Part shown: one piece after another, positions 20,074-33,700 of the stretch
How positions within the stretch are numbered: position 1 is the stretch's first letter
Layout: each line of letters begins with the position of its first letter
Source: Rebecca billardiae RCC1528
Taxonomy: Eukaryota; Protista; Haptophyta
Length of the DNA stretch: 64,000 nt
Assembly: GCA_965240325.2 (NCBI GenBank)
Contig: OZ251248.1
Span: 310,001-374,000, forward strand
Reading direction: 5' to 3'
Position numbers and translations under genes: made by a program
Notes under the pieces: model-generated
What the model was told of the DNA's origin: nothing
Database searches by the model: none
The model's input: only the letters and a program-made list of their open reading frames with translations

Positions 20074-21306
20074 TCACTCGACCTCTGCGGCTGCTGGCAC
20101 CGGCTTGCGGCACACGGTGTGCACACAGTCGTACACGTGGTGCAGCATCGAGCGCACGTTGCCCGCGTACGTGGCGCGCACGCGCTCCTCCGCCTCGATC
20201 ACGAAGCCCGCGTCGACGATCACCGCGCGCAGCTCCTCCCACGACAGCTCGACCGAGAGCTCCGTCGCCATCTCTGCATAGTGGTACAGCAGCGGCCCGA
20301 GGTTCAGCCAGTACCCACCCGGCCGGAGCACCTCGTAAATGATCGCCACGTACTCGGTGACGTCGTGCGCCGTGTCGAGGAAGAAGCAGGTGAGCACGCA
20401 GTCCCACGCGCGCGGCTTGTCCCGGTAGATCAGCGTGAAGTCGCCCGCGCACATCGAGAACTGCGCCTCGGGCGGCAGGCCGTCCAGACGCACGTCCGGC
20501 ACGGTGACGGCGCGCATCTGGTCCGCGGCGCGCCACACGTTCACCGATTGGTGCAGGTACGGGTAGAGCTGCACCTGCCCGCGCTCGGCGAGGTGGTTGA
20601 GCACGAAGTTGGACGCGATGAGCATGTGGTACGAGAACTCGTTGCCCTGCGCGCTGAACCCGCGGCTCGCCACCTCCCACGCCAGGCGGCCCAGGCCGGC
20701 GCCGGGCACCAGCACCTGCAGGGCGCCGCGCGCGGACGCGCTCGGAAGCACGGCCGTGAACAGGCGGTCAAAGTCGGCGAGGAGAGGGCCGTAGCAGGAC
20801 TCGCGCTCGGCGAGGCCCTCCTCCGACCAGTCGCGCGCCAGCTGCTTCAGCGTGCTCTTCACCCTGTCCATCTCCGAGTCCGGAGGGCGCGCGCTCGCGC
20901 TCGCGCCCAGGACAGCGCCGCCGACACCGCCGCCGCCGAGCTCGCCGGGCGGCTGTTGCGAGTGCGAGGTGTGCTCGGGCACGGGAGCGGGCGGGGCGTC
21001 GCCCGGCTCGAAGGCGCGGTGCGCCTGCAGCATCACGTCGATCAGCCGGCCGTTCGCCTCCACCGCGCGCCGCAGCGCGAGCGTCTTCTCTTGCGGCTGC
21101 AGGAGCGAAATGATTCTCGGCCGAAGCCGCGCATATCCCGCCTCGATCTGCGCGATGCGCGCGAGCGCGTCGGCGCGGTAGTGGTCGAATGCGGCGATCA
21201 CCTGCTCGAAGTGCTTCCGCTCGGCCTCCTCGTCGTCCGACGCCCCCTCCTCAGCCGCTTGAGCGTGCACATCGGGCTGCGCGCGGAGCAGGTCGACCGC
21301 CTCCAT
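20074..21306 (-). CDS. CARNMT1: Carnosine N-methyltransferase (N2227-like), intronless, 410 aa
   Basis: Motifs MDRVKSTLKQLARDWSEEG, VLVPGAGLGRL, GNEFSYHML, AGDF, TCFFLDTAH and WLNLGPLLYH. The likely start is MEAVDLL, with ATG at 21306. Confidence 0.92.
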   Translation of the reverse strand: MEAVDLLRAQPDVHAQAAEEGASDDEEAERKHFEQVIAAFDHYRADALARIAQIEAGYARLRPRIISLLQPQEKTLALRRAVEANGRLIDVMLQAHRAFEPGDAPPAPVPEHTSHSQQPPGELGGGGVGGAVLGASASARPPDSEMDRVKSTLKQLARDWSEEGLAERESCYGPLLADFDRLFTAVLPSASARGALQVLVPGAGLGRLAWEVASRGFSAQGNEFSYHMLIASNFVLNHLAERGQVQLYPYLHQSVNVWRAADQMRAVTVPDVRLDGLPPEAQFSMCAGDFTLIYRDKPRAWDCVLTCFFLDTAHDVTEYVAIIYEVLRPGGYWLNLGPLLYHYAEMATELSVELSWEELRAVIVDAGFVIEAEERVRATYAGNVRSMLHHVYDCVHTVCRKPVPAAAEVE

Positions 21307-21394
21307 CGTGCCCCACCGGCACGGGCTGAAGTCTGATGAACGACCGGCGGGCCGAGGCGCGACACTGGCAGCGCGGCGCGGCGGCGGCGCCGGC

Positions 21395-24300
21395 ATGGCC
21401 AGCGGCGTGCAAGACGCGCTCGCGCAGCTGGAGGCGCGCGCGTCGACGGGCGAGTGGTCGCTCGAGGCGGACGATGCCCTGCTCGAGGCGCTGCGCGGCT
21501 TCTCCGCCGCCTTCGTCGCGCGCAGTACCGAGCTCAAGCGCGAGCTCGCCGCGCTCGAAGCGAGCCACGACGATGTGAGCATCCGCGTGCACGCGGCGTG
21601 CGACGAGCTGCTCGTCCTCGCCGACTCACAGTTCATCGAGAATCGGGTGTACGACGACGCGGACATGCCCTCGCCCCGCGCGCACGCCGCAGACGACGAC
21701 GCGTCCACCACGGCCACGCGCTCGCTCGAGGCACACGACCAGAGCCGCGCCGAGGGCAGCCTGCTCGCGCTCGCGCGCGGCGTGCGCGCGCTGTGCGACG
21801 AGGAGGAGCTCGACGCTGAGGCGGCGCAGCACGGAGGCGAGGGCGGGTGGGCACCGGCCCCCGACGACGGGCCGGTCGAGCCGCTCCCGCTCGCGCCCGC
21901 GCGCCGGCCGCCGCCCGCGCCCGCACTGCCCCATTTGATCGGATCAGAGTTTTTCATGGCGGACGATTTGGCGGGCCTCGGCCGGCCGGGCGGCGCGCAC
22001 ACGATCGAGCTCGAGTGGGGCGTGCCCGGCGCGCGCTCGCGCGGCAGCAGCCCCGACGGGCGCGAGCGCTCCGAGCGCGCCGCCGACTCGAGTGCCACCG
22101 AGGGCAGCGGCGAGCTGAGCGACGCAGATTCCACGCCGGAATCGGCGGAGGAATCGGAGGGATCTGATACCGCCGCCGAGGGGTCTTCCTCGGAGGACAG
22201 GCGCGAGCTGTCCAGCGCCGACGAGGACGACGGCGCCGGGCGGGAGGAGCGCGACCACGGCTGGGGCGGGCACGCCGACGCGGACGCGGCGTCGGCGGCG
22301 CGGGCCGCAGAGACCGGCGCCGCCGGCCGCGCGTGCGCCGCGCCGCGCGCCGAGCTCGCCTCCGCGAGCCGTGCGCAGCACGCGCTCGCAGCCGTGCTCG
22401 CGCCGGAGACGCGCTCGCCCGAGCGCTCCGCGCCCAGCGCGGCCGCGGCGGAGGAGGCGCCGCAGGTGCCCCGGAAAGCCCGGGCGGTCCGGGGGCCGCC
22501 CACATGCAATTTGAATCCGGCCGCGGCCCTCAGCGCGGTGTTGACGGGTGGCGCTGGCCCGCCGGACGCGGCGTGCGCGCACCGCTCGGTGAGCGTGAGC
22601 GCGGAGGACGCGGGGTGTGTGCGCGGCGCGGACCGGGCCGGTGCGAGCGCGTCCGCCGGAGCCGTGAGCGCCGGCACGCGCGACGCCGACGGTGGCGGCG
22701 GCGCAGACCGACACACGGCCGCGGCCGCGAGCGCGGCCGCAGGCGCCGTCCCAGCAACAGGCGTGGCCGTGCTACCAGGGGCGGCGGCGGCGGCGCGCGC
22801 GCGCGCGCAGCCTTCGGCCGGGCGTGCCGCGCGCGCCGCGGCGACGCGCGCCGCCCTGAGCGGCCACGGCCAAGGGCTCTTCTCCGGCGCGTTTGGAGGC
22901 TTTGGCGGCGGAGGCGACGGCAGCGGCGCTGACAGTTGGAGCGAGGATGATGCGGAGGCGGAGGAGGCGCGGCGGGTGTCTGCAGCGGGCGGCACGGGCG
23001 CGGCGGAGGCGGGCGTCGCGGCCGCGGGGAGCGCGCGTCGGCCGCCTCAGCCCGCTGCCACCGGCGCGGCCATTGGCAGCGGCGCGGGCGGCGGCACCAG
23101 CGGGAGCGGCGGCGGCAACGGCGGCGGCGGCACCGGCAGCGGCGGCGGCACCGGCGGCGGCGGCGGCACCGGCGGCGGTCATCCGAGCAACCCACTGAGC
23201 CACGATGGAGCGGCTGGCGTGGCGGAGGGCTCGGCGCCCAGCGCGCCCTCCGCGCCGCCGCCGGCCGCGCGCCCCACGCCCGCCGCGCGCCCCGCGCCGC
23301 CGCCCTCGCGCCCCTCGCTCTTCGACGACGACGACGAGTCCGGGAGCGGCAGCGAGGCCGACCTGTTCAGCGCGCGACGGTTCGCCGCGGCCGCGTCGGC
23401 GGCGCCGGCGCCGCGACCGCAGGCGGCGGTGGCGGCGGCGGCGGCGGCGCCCAGGCCTCTCGGCGCAGCGAGTGGCGCTGGCGCGGCGAAGGCGGGGGCG
23501 GTGCCTGCGCAGCCGGTGGCGGGCGGCGCCGCCGCGAGCAGCGCAGCTCAAGCCACCGCCGAGACGACTGCGGCCGCGGCCGCGCCGCGCGTGCCGCCAG
23601 CGTCGGCATCGGCCGCTCTGGCGTCTCTTGGCCTGGGCGGGCCCGGGCCCTCGCAGCTCGCGGCGCGGCGTGGCTTGTTCGACGACAGCGAGGACGACGA
23701 CGACGATGGCGGGCGCGGCGGCGCCCTGCCTGCACCGCCGCTGGCACAGCGCGACCCAGGCCCTGACAGGTGGCAGCCGCAGCCGCAGCAGCCTTCACCG
23801 CAGCAACAGCCGCCGCAGCCGCCGCAGCCGCAGCAACAGCCGCCGCAGCCGCAGCCGCAGTCGCCATCGCAGCGCTCCAGGCGGGCACAGGAGCCCGGGC
23901 CCTTGGCACCGGCTGCGCCGGACGCAGCCTCGCGTGTCGCAGCCGTGCCTCCGCCCTCCTCAGCCGCGGCTGCGCCGACCGGCCCGGGCCCAGGGCAGCT
24001 GGTTGTGGGACTAGGGCGCACGGCGGCGGCTGCGGCGCGCGGCGATGCGGCTGGGAGCGCCGGGGCCGTGCCGTGCTGTGCGGCTGACGCGCTCTCGGAG
24101 CCGCTGGGCGCAGGCATGCCGCCGGGCGGTGACGGGCCGACTGCGCGCTCAGACCAAGTGCCAGCCTCAGTGCCAGCGTCAGTGCCAGCGGAGCGACCGC
24201 AGCCGAGCGCTGCGCCCGCCGCCGGCGCTGGCTCGGCGAGTGCTCAGTCGGTGCACGCGGCGGGAGGGGATGTGGGGAGTCACGGCGCGGGATCAGCCGG

Positions 24301-25356
24301 TGTGTCCTCTGCCGTGCCCATCGCCGAGCCCACGGTGGGCAGCACAGGACGGGGCAGCGCCGCCGCGCCGAGCGGTGGGTGTGTAGCGTCAGCAGGTGTG
24401 CGCGGCGCGGCTGGAGCCATCACAGCACGCGGCGCGCAAGTGGTGCCACAGCGCACGCACGCCGGCGCACGCGCTGCCTCCCGGGTGCTACTCCCCAGCT
24501 GCCGTGTTGATTTGTGCTGGCGTGGAGCACACACCCCGCACCACAGCCACTGTGCCCTCGCATCTGCCACCTCACCGCCCGCGAGCATGCTGCCTGCCCC
24601 GCGCGCGTGTGCGCGGACCCTCTGCGTCATCCCACAGCGAGCAACGGCCGAGCTCGCCGCCCCCGAGGCGGTGGTGGCTTGTTCGACGATGATGACGACG
24701 ACGAGGACGGCGGTGGCGGAGGAGGCCTGTTCGGCAGCGGCGGCGGCAGCGGCGGCGCACGCGCCACACCGACCGTCGGGATGGGCTCGGCGCCCGTGGC
24801 ACAGCCCAGCAGCGTCGGCTCGACGGCGCGTGCAGCGGCAGACAGGCCGAGAGCTGAAGTGCCGCGCGCGCAGCAGGTGCGCTCCACCCTCTTTGGCGAT
24901 GACGACGAGGGCGAAGATGGCGGCGGCGGTGTGGGCAGCTCGCTCTTCGGCAGCGGCGGCCGCGGCAGCGGCGGCGGCGGTGGTGGGGCCCGAGGCAGCG
25001 GGAGCTTCTTCGGGTCCGGCGGCGGGAGCGCGCGCGTGGCCGAGTCCAAGCGACGAGGCACGGGCCTCTTTGACGACGATGACGACGACGACGAGGAGGC
25101 CGGCCGTGCTGGCAGCTCGAAGGCGATCGGTGGTGGCGCGGCGGCAAGCGATAGCAGCGGCGGCCCGGCGCTTGGGATGCCCATCGGCGCAGCATCATCG
25201 GCGTCATCAGCCGCCGCCCCCCGCCCAGGCCCAGCGCAGGCGGTGGCGGCTACGGTCGGCGCGGGCGCCACAGTACTACGCGCTGCGCCGACGACAAAGG
25301 CGACTCCCAGCTCCTTCGCCAGGGGGCTCTTCGATGACGACAGCGATGACGAGTGA
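21395..25356 (+). CDS. WASHC2: WASH complex subunit 2 (FAM21-like); exons 21395-24395, 24638-25356
   Basis: Head domain WSLEADDALL...SQFIENRVYDD and LPHLIGSEFFMADDLAGL. The tail carries repeated L-F-acidic motifs (LFDDDDE, GLFDDSEDD, TLFGDDDE, GLFDDDSDDE). A phase-1 GT-AG intron at 24396-24637 joins the two ORFs. Confidence 0.88.
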
Positions 25357-25455
25357 GTCGTGGCAGCGTCCAGCAGCAGGCTCCTCAGAGTCATCATACG
25401 ACGGCCTACGACTGCGGGCGGCCCGCGAATAGCTATATGGCGGGCTATATATATA

Positions 25456-26982
25456 TGGCGGGCCGTAGGTCCGCCCCTTGTAGTGCCCGGGGAAAAGATA
25501 AGAATTTAAAGAAAACGAAAAGGAAAAGGAAAATCGCGCCTCGCAAAGAAAAGAAAATCGCCTCGCTCACTACCGGGCGCCCTCGCAGCTCCCACTCAGG
25601 AGGCGCTGCGCCGAAAATCTGTTCAGGCTGGCGCGGAGCGCGTGAGCGGCGCGCGCCGAATCCAACGCCGGCGCGGACATCGCGCGAGGATTCCCTAGAC
25701 GGGTTTTCGCCCGATTCGCGATTGCTGCCCTCGTCGTCTCGCGTGCAGGTCAAACGAGGGCTAAAGTCGACGCGTCTCCGGGACGGGTACGCTCGGCGCG
25801 TCGACACGATCGTGCGACCTGGGGCGATCCTCGCCAGACTTGCACGTCGAGCGCTCGCATCGCTCATACCATCGAGCGCTGCGCACGACAGCCACCTCGC
25901 GCGATCCACCGCCGTGCGTCGGGCTCGGTGCGGAAAGGCCCTCATCACGAGGTGCCTCGCGGGCGGGAAGCGCCATCGCACGCGACGCAAGATTGGCGCG
26001 GCCTTCTGAACTCGATCGCCGGAATCCTCATCGCGAACCGGACTGTCGCTCGCGGTCCCTCAGCCGAAGCCCACGTCCGGCCTGCATGGCGTCGACGGTG
26101 ACCAATGCGACGGAAGCGCAGCGCCAACGGCGTACGACGCGCAGCGGACGCACCTCCCGGGTCTGTCGCCGTGGCAGCAACCGCGTCTTCGCGAGTTGGC
26201 GACCCTCGCCGCAGCGCGACACGGACAAGCCCGTGATGCCATCCGCAGAGAGATGAATCGTCGAGCATGCAACATCGACGCGCCATCCTCGTCCATGGCG
26301 CAGGCGCTGCGGGACGAGGCGGACGTCGTCACGCCGGTGACGGATGCGCTGCGATTCATGTGCCTGCGTGAGGAGCTCGTGCCCACTCTCGATCGCGAGT
26401 GGCACACGCTGTCGCTGTGCGCGCGCGCGCGCAAAACCAACAGCTCCTCGTGCCGCCGAACATGCGGGCGCCAGACCTGTCGAAGATGCGAAGAGCGACG
26501 ACCGCGTGAACGTCAACGCGCTCGTGCTCAGCGTGGCGGCCGTGCACGATGTCAACGCGACCTGCGCCGAGCCCATCATGCTCGGAGCGGACATCGGCAA
26601 GCATCCTCGCCACGACCGCTCTCGGCTGGCGGCAAGAGGACATGCACACGATCTACTCTGGCGGCTTCGTCGGTGGCGAGGCGCTCGATTACGCCATCGC
26701 GGTCGAGATGCGGCACATACAGCGCGTACCCGCGCTCGCGCGGAGCAACGGGCTACCCGCCCCGCCCCGCGTGCTGCACATTATTCCCTCGTGCCGGGTG
26801 TGGCCCTCGCTGATGCGCACGGACGCATACCGCACCGCGTGGGAGAACTTCACAGGTGTCACTGGTCCGACTGTCCGTCACCCACGGCCACGAGCGAATG
26901 CTGTGGAAAGACGCGAACCCGCAGAGGAAACATTGCGACAGCACTGGCACGGCCCGCCGCCCCCCCCGCCCGCCAGGGCACA
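25456..26982. mobile_element. Possible decayed transposon carrying frameshifted ORF remnants
   Basis: A block bounded by TA-rich flanks. It has a terminal GC hairpin (GGCGGGCCGTAGGTCCGCC), a short asymmetric inverted pair (GTGCCCGGG near 25484 and CCAGGGCAC near 26973), and protein-like fragments that switch frame across about 26200-26870. Confidence 0.3.
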
Positions 26983-27739
26983 GTTTATATACTCTACCGG
27001 GTGGCCACCGTGCCGCGCCTGACGTACGAGTCAGAGTGACCGCCAGGCAGGTCCATTAGCGCGGCGCACGGATACTGAGTCCAGCCAATAATATAAGACT
27101 CTGCTGAGCCGGCGGTCCGACCTGAGCGCCGCACAGCTGACGACGACACAGCCATCGGCACGGGTATCCAGCCGCAGCCACTCGGCGCCGTGAGTATACT
27201 GAGTATACGACTGAGACAGCTCAGACTGAGTGGCGTGCCAGTCGGCGGCCGAGACCGTACCCGTGCAGCTGCGCCGCAAGTAACGGCCAGCAGCAACGGG
27301 CCGATCGTCATGGACATGGTCATAGCTGGATGCCTGTAGCAGCAGCAGGGGTTCGAGCGCTTCGGAGCCTGCGACGTCTCCAAGAACAAAATGTATGCCC
27401 ATCATCACCACACTCCATCCATCGTCGCCGTAGCAGCAGCAGCATTGCCAGCATTCGCATCAATAGCAGCACAGCAGCGCGCACGCGTCCCGTCGACTCG
27501 TCGGAGTCCTCGTCACGCGCCGCCGCGCGTCGGCGCGGGCGTTGTGCAATGTGCACGACATCGAGCGCCGCCACAGCTGACGATCGTCACCACGCGGTAG
27601 TCTTCCAGCTCCAAATGTGAAAGGGAAATTATGCGAGCATGCAAAAAGGGGGGTTATTCATTCTGTAGTTTGTTGGCTGGCGCGCGCCACGCCACGCCGC
27701 GCGCCAAGCCCCTCGCGGTCGCCGTGTCCGCCCTCGCTC

Positions 27740-30700
27740 TCAGCTCGCGTCCGCCTTGACCGGCTTGCGGAAGGTGACCTCATACAGTCTCTCGACCGGC
27801 TTGGCGTCCGTGTCGCCGAGCGCCATGACGTCGTCGTACTGCGGGCGGGCGCGGGGGTGCGCGGGGCGTGCACGCGTGCGTGTGAGCCACGCGTGCGCGC
27901 GAGCGTCGCGGCACGGGGCAGGAGCGGACGGCGGTGCGGCGCGGTGCGCGCGCGCCCGGCCTTGGGAAGCCCCGGCGTGCAGCCCGCGCGTGCGCACACA
28001 CCTTCGACTTGAGTTTCTTCGTGGCGAAGAGAGCAAACTCCTTGGCGTCGTCGGACCAGCGGTCGATGAGCGGCGCGAGCGTGCCCGTCGCGTCCTCGCG
28101 CCAGTCGAAGTAGCCCTCTGCGCCCGGGCGGACGGGTGGGCGCGCGCGCACAGGCATCAGCGCGTGTTGATGATGAGCTCATCGCGCGCGCGCGCGCGGG
28201 CAGCGGGCGGGGCACGGCGCGTGGGGCGAGCGCGGCGCGCGCGCGCGCGCGCACCGGCGTATGTGTAGATGACTTCCCATAGCTCGGGCATCTCGTCGGC
28301 GAGCACGGCGCCGCGATTGCGCTGCAGCTGGGCCGCCTTCTCGAGCTGCTCCTTGAACGCCTTGAGCGCCTCCTTCTCCTCCTTCACCCACGCGCGCATC
28401 GCGACCACGTCGCGCAGCATCTGCTCGCGCTGGTCGATGCCCGCGCGCATCACCTTGATGCGCGCCGCCTCGACGTCCGTGCGGAACTTGGTCGGGCGCG
28501 GCAGGTGCGAGCCGGGCCTGCCGCCGCGCGAGAGCAGGATCGCCAGCACCACCTTCCCCTCGTCCGTCCCGTCGCGCAGCGCGTCGTCGTACGCCGTATT
28601 CCCGAACGCATCCTCCAGATGAATCTCGATGTCCGGCAGCCCGACCAGGAAGTTGAGGCCGTTCACGTTGCGCGACGACGCGGCGAGGTGGAGGGGCGCG
28701 CGGCCGAGCTCGTCCTGCTGGTTGACGGAGCAGGCGAACGTGATGATCCGCTTGAGGTTCTCCACGTCCGGCTGCGTCGCCGCCTCGTTCACGTACCGCG
28801 CGATGTCGAACTCGCCGAGCTTGGCGCCGTGCTTGACGAGCAGCGCACACGCCTCGTCCTGGTGGCCGAGTAGCGCGTCCTGCAGCGCGGTCGCGCCGCG
28901 GAGGTCGCGGTTGTTCACGTCGGAGTTGTTCTCGATGAGCAGCAGCAGGTTCTCCGTACGCCCCTCCGCCGCCGCCACGTGCGTCGCCGAGCGCAGCTCG
29001 AGCGTGCCCGCGTTCACGTTGCCGCCGAACGAGCAGAATCGCTGCAGCACCGCCGTGCCGCCCGGCACGGCGCCGGCCGCGCACATCTCCTCGGACACGT
29101 TGCGCGTGCCGTGCAGCCCGCCGTGGCTCGCGAGCAGCGCAGCGGTCTCAAAGTTGTCCGACTGCAGCGCGTCGTCGAGCGCGGTGTGCCCGATCTTGTC
29201 CTCCGCGTTCACGTCCGCGCGCGCGGCGAGCAGCAGCTCGATGAGCTTCTTGTGCCCGCCGCACGCGGCGAGCTGCAGCGGGCGGCGGCCGTGCGAGTCA
29301 GCGTGGTCGACGTCCATCGAGCGCGCCGAGAGCAGCCGGCGCACCTTCTCGAACTCGCCCTTGACGCACGCCACGCAGATCTTCGCGTGCATCATCTCAT
29401 CGCGCTTCGCCTTGGCGTTGGCGAGCGTCTGTGGTGCGGCGCCGCGCGCGCGCGCGCGCCACGCGCGTGCGGAGCGCCGGGCGGAGCGCGGCTCAGCGCC
29501 GTGCACGCGGGAGGCGCGGGATGGGGCGCGATCGCGCTGGCGGCCGGCGCACCTGCTGCAGCGAGATGATGTCGGAGGCGCCACCCGAGCTGCCAGTCTC
29601 CGAGCGGCCATCCTGCGAGCTCGAGTCGTTGCTGCTGCCGAGCGCCGAGCTGCCGCCTCCCGAGCCCGAGCTGTGGCTGCTGCGTGCGCCGGAGGAGGCC
29701 GAGGCCTTGGAGCGGCCAGAGCGCGCCGAGCCCATGGCTGCGCACACGCGCACGCGCGCACGGCGCCGCGAGAGGGGGGATGGCGCGCGCGAGCAGTCAG
29801 CCATCGCGTCGGCCACGCGCGCGCTGCGAGGTCGAGCCGCGCGGCCCGCGCGCGCATGCGCGCGCGCACGCTCGCGCGCGCGCGCGCCGCGCGTACTCAG
29901 GCCCTCGTACTGGCGGACGGCATTGTCCATGAGCACATCCTCCTGCGTCGGGAACGACTTGAGCAGCTCGCGGTACAGCTCCTGGTTGAGCACGAACGTG
30001 GTCGCCTTGTCGTTGCGGCTCACCTTGGCCGTCTTGTGGTGCCGGATGCCAAAGATGAACGCGACCTCGCCGAGGAACTCGCCCGGGCCGGCCGTCTGGG
30101 TCTTGTCGTCGCTCTGCTCGTTCTCGTCGCCGTCGCTGAACTCGACCGTGCCCGAGGCGAGCAGGATCAGCTCCTTGCACTGGTCGCCCGCGCGGTAGAT
30201 CACCATCTCGGCCTCGATCTCGCGCTCGGTGAGCACGGCCGAGAGCCGGTCGATGAAGCCCTCGTCGCAGCCCTTGAGCAGCGTGGTGTCGGCCATGAGC
30301 GCGCGGTTGGTGTTCGACGAGATCTCCATCTGCAGCGGCACGGGCAGCCCCGAGTAGATCTGCTCCGAGTCGATGTTGGAGAAGGAGGCGTGCTGCATCT
30401 TGTCGACAAAGAACTTGGTCATCCGCTCCTTCAGATCGGCCGGCACGTTCACGTGGCGCACGTACGCGTTGACGAGCTCGAGGTGCGCGCGCTTGCCCAC
30501 GATCTCGTCGTCCATCTTCATCACGATCCCCGAGATCCCGCCGACGCAGTACGCGTCTGCGGCGCGCGGGTGGCGCGCGGGCGCCGGGCGTGCGTGCGGA
30601 GTCAGTGCTCGGAGCGCGCGCGCGCGGCGAGCGCGAGGCGGTCGGCTCGCGGCGCACGCGGCACGCACAGATCGTCATGTTGATCACGCAGAAGCTCACG

Positions 30701-33700
30701 AACATCGCGAACTCGACGTACGTGGCGGGCAGCTGCACGACGCCGAGCGCCGAGACGAGAGAGAGCACGAAGAAGACCGCGGTGATGTAGTGGTCCACGA
30801 GCTGCTCCTCGGGCGACATGTGCGTGAGCAGCCCGTCCTCGCCGCCCACCATCACGCGCTGGCGCAGGTAGTACGTGGCCCACGTGTTGTCCCACTTGTT
30901 CAGCGCCATCTGCGAGAAGCCGATCACGTTCCACACGCCCGCGCAGTAGTGGATGATCAGGATGAGCGGCAGAGCGTTCTTGAGCAGCATCCGGCCCATC
31001 TGGCGCTCGGAGAGGTTCGACCGCCAGACCTTGAACGCGCCGAGCAGGTAGCGCGCGTTGATCATGCGCAGGTGGCGCACGCCGAAGCGGATCATCGGGT
31101 CGATGCCGAGCACCCACAGCACCTGGTCGTGCGGCCAGCACGCGAACGCGTCGAGGCCAAAGTCGTTGGAGAGGTAGTGCGCGCGCACCTCGGACGGCGC
31201 GAACACCTCGACCGACTTGTCGTTGATGAACGTCGTGTTGAAGCGCAGCAGGATGCGCAGCATGTACAGCGCGTCGCACACGAGGTTGACGTACGGCACC
31301 CAGCGCATCAGCACCACCTGCTCGAAGAAGCACAGCTGCATCGGCACGGTGAGCACGTCCCACAGCACGGTGATGTAGAAGAGCCACACGCTCAGCTTGT
31401 TCATCCGAGAGTGGACCGAGACGATGTACCACGGCCACACCGTCGTCGTGCTCGCGCCGTTCTCGACGCCCGCCTCTGCGGAGACCATCTCGCGCGAGCC
31501 CACCTGGATGTCGAACTTGTCGAGGAGCGCGACGATGCCCTTCTTCTTGCCGCCGCTCGCCGCGCCGGTGAGCGGATCGACGCCGCCGGCCGCGCGCAGC
31601 GCCGCCACGCGGTCGCGCAGCTTAGTCACGAGCTTCTCCCAGGTGACCTTCCGCTGCTCGAGCTCCTCGGCCTCGAGCTCGGCCGCGCTGAGCAGCAGGT
31701 TGTGCACGAGCGCGTGGTTGGGGTCGTCCTCCTCCTCGCCGTCGTGATGCTTCGCGACGGCGCCGTCCGCGGCGGCCGCGCCCTCCTCGGCGGCGCGCGC
31801 GTCGGCGACCGGCCTCCCGCGCACCGGGATCGTCAGCTCGAGCTCGCGCTCAACCCAGCCTCGGATGTGCTCGGCCGTCGTCTCCATCGGGATGGCGAGC
31901 GCGTGCTGCACGGCCTTGAGCAGCACGTTCGCGTCGACCTCCTCCGCCGGCTCGATGCGGCCGGTCTCGATGCGCAGCGTGAGGTTGTCCGCGAGCAGCA
32001 TGCACGCCGTCGCCGTGCCAAGCGCCGCGTTCAGCTCGGCGACGATCGACTCATCCGCGGCGGCGATGCGCGCTGCCTCCGCCTTCGCCACCTTCGACTT
32101 GGCCTGCGCCGCCTTGGACATCACCTTGCCCGCCGCGAGCACGTCGCCCTTGCGCAGCTTCGGGATGAAGACGCCGTTGCCGTCGGCGCCCGCCCCAGCC
32201 GCCGCGTCCTCCGAGACCGCCAGCAGAATCCACGAGGACACGCCGATGAAGAACTGAGACTCGGACATGGACTGCGCCGGCCGGTTGCTCCGCCCCTTGG
32301 AGCGCAGCTGCAGCACCTGGTCGTTGCCTGCGTGGACCATGCGCCCGCCCACGGCGCTTGGCGCCACGGTGCTCGACGGAGCCTCGGCGGGGGGCGCCTT
32401 CTCGGCCTCGCCAGCGGTGGAAGCGACGACCGCCGTGCTCACGCCCGCCGCCGAGCTCGCCGCCTCGGCCGCTCCGCCCGCCGCCTCCGCGGGCGCCGAC
32501 TCTTCCGCGCCCACCTCGGCAAAGTTGGCCTGCGGTGGCGCCGGCGCCACGTTGACGCGCAAGGGGTCAGCGGCGGCGTCGGTGGTGCCATCGCCGGTGG
32601 CCGCGGCTGCGGCCGCGTCGGTGGCGTCGGCGGCAGCGTTGTTCTCCGCCGCCTCCGCGGCGTTGCGGTCGTCGGAGGACCTGCGGTCGGCGGAGCCGTC
32701 GTCCGCGTCCGCGGCGACGGCCGCAAAGAGCTTCTCGAGCTCCTCGTCGACCGCGTTGCCCTCGGCCTTCAGCCCGACTTGGAGCGTGGTGCGGCGCGAG
32801 CCGGCGCCGCTCGCTCCGCCGTCCTCGAGCACGCGCGAGGTGCTGCGCCGACGGCCCGCCGCCGTGCCCACCGGCTCGGCGTCGGCGGCGAGCTGGCCGT
32901 CCTCGGCCACGGCCGCGACCTCCTCCGGCGGTGCGGTCAGGTTGCGCGACGCGGCCATCAGGTAGGTGAGCAGCGACTTGATCTCCTCCGAGCCGAACTC
33001 GCCGAGCTCGCTCTGCAGCCTGCGCACGTCGCGCATGCGGATCTGCCCGGTGTGCGACGCGTCGAAGACGCGGAACAGCCGCGTGATCAAGAAGCACGCC
33101 TCCTCGATGGCGACGATGCAGGACTCCACGCCGTCCGCGCCTGGGTCGGACTCGCGCGGCGAGCCCGAGCCGTCGCCGCCCGCCGCAGCGTCGCCCGTGG
33201 ACTGGCGCTCCTCGGCGTTGAAGCTGGTGCGCAGCCGCGCGGCCATGCCGCTGAACCGCCCCTTGCGCTTGGGCGAGCCGTAGACGTCGTCGTCCTCGGC
33301 GGCGAGGTCCTTGTCCTTGGATGCGCGCGCCGCGCGCGCGCCAGCAGGCTCGGATGGGTCGGCGGAAGCGCCGAGCGCGGCGGCCTCGCCCTTCGCCTTC
33401 GCCTTCTTCCGCCGCCGCGTGCCGTAGCGCTGTGCGAGCAAGTCGATGAAGCGGCGCGAGCAGAAGAGCACCACGTGCCCGAGCTCCGAGAGGAACAGCG
33501 GCCCGTCGCTCTCCTCGTCCGCCAGCTGCGCGCCCCGCTGCGCGCCGGCGCGCTCAGCGTTCGCCTTGGCGTCGTTGAGCTGGCGCGACATCTCGATCAG
33601 CCCGGCGCCCGTCTTCGAGCCGCGGCGCAGCGTCTCTTTGAACGAGCCGTTGGACTTGCAGAAGGAGCCGTCCTTGCCCTTCGAGTCGTGGCGCTGCACC

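Noticed and set aside
21307-22995. 562-aa N-terminal extension of the 973-aa minus-strand ORF, an apparent CARNMT1 fusion
   Set aside because: It is antisense to the conserved WASHC2 head domain. CARNMT1 homology begins at the ATG at 21306.
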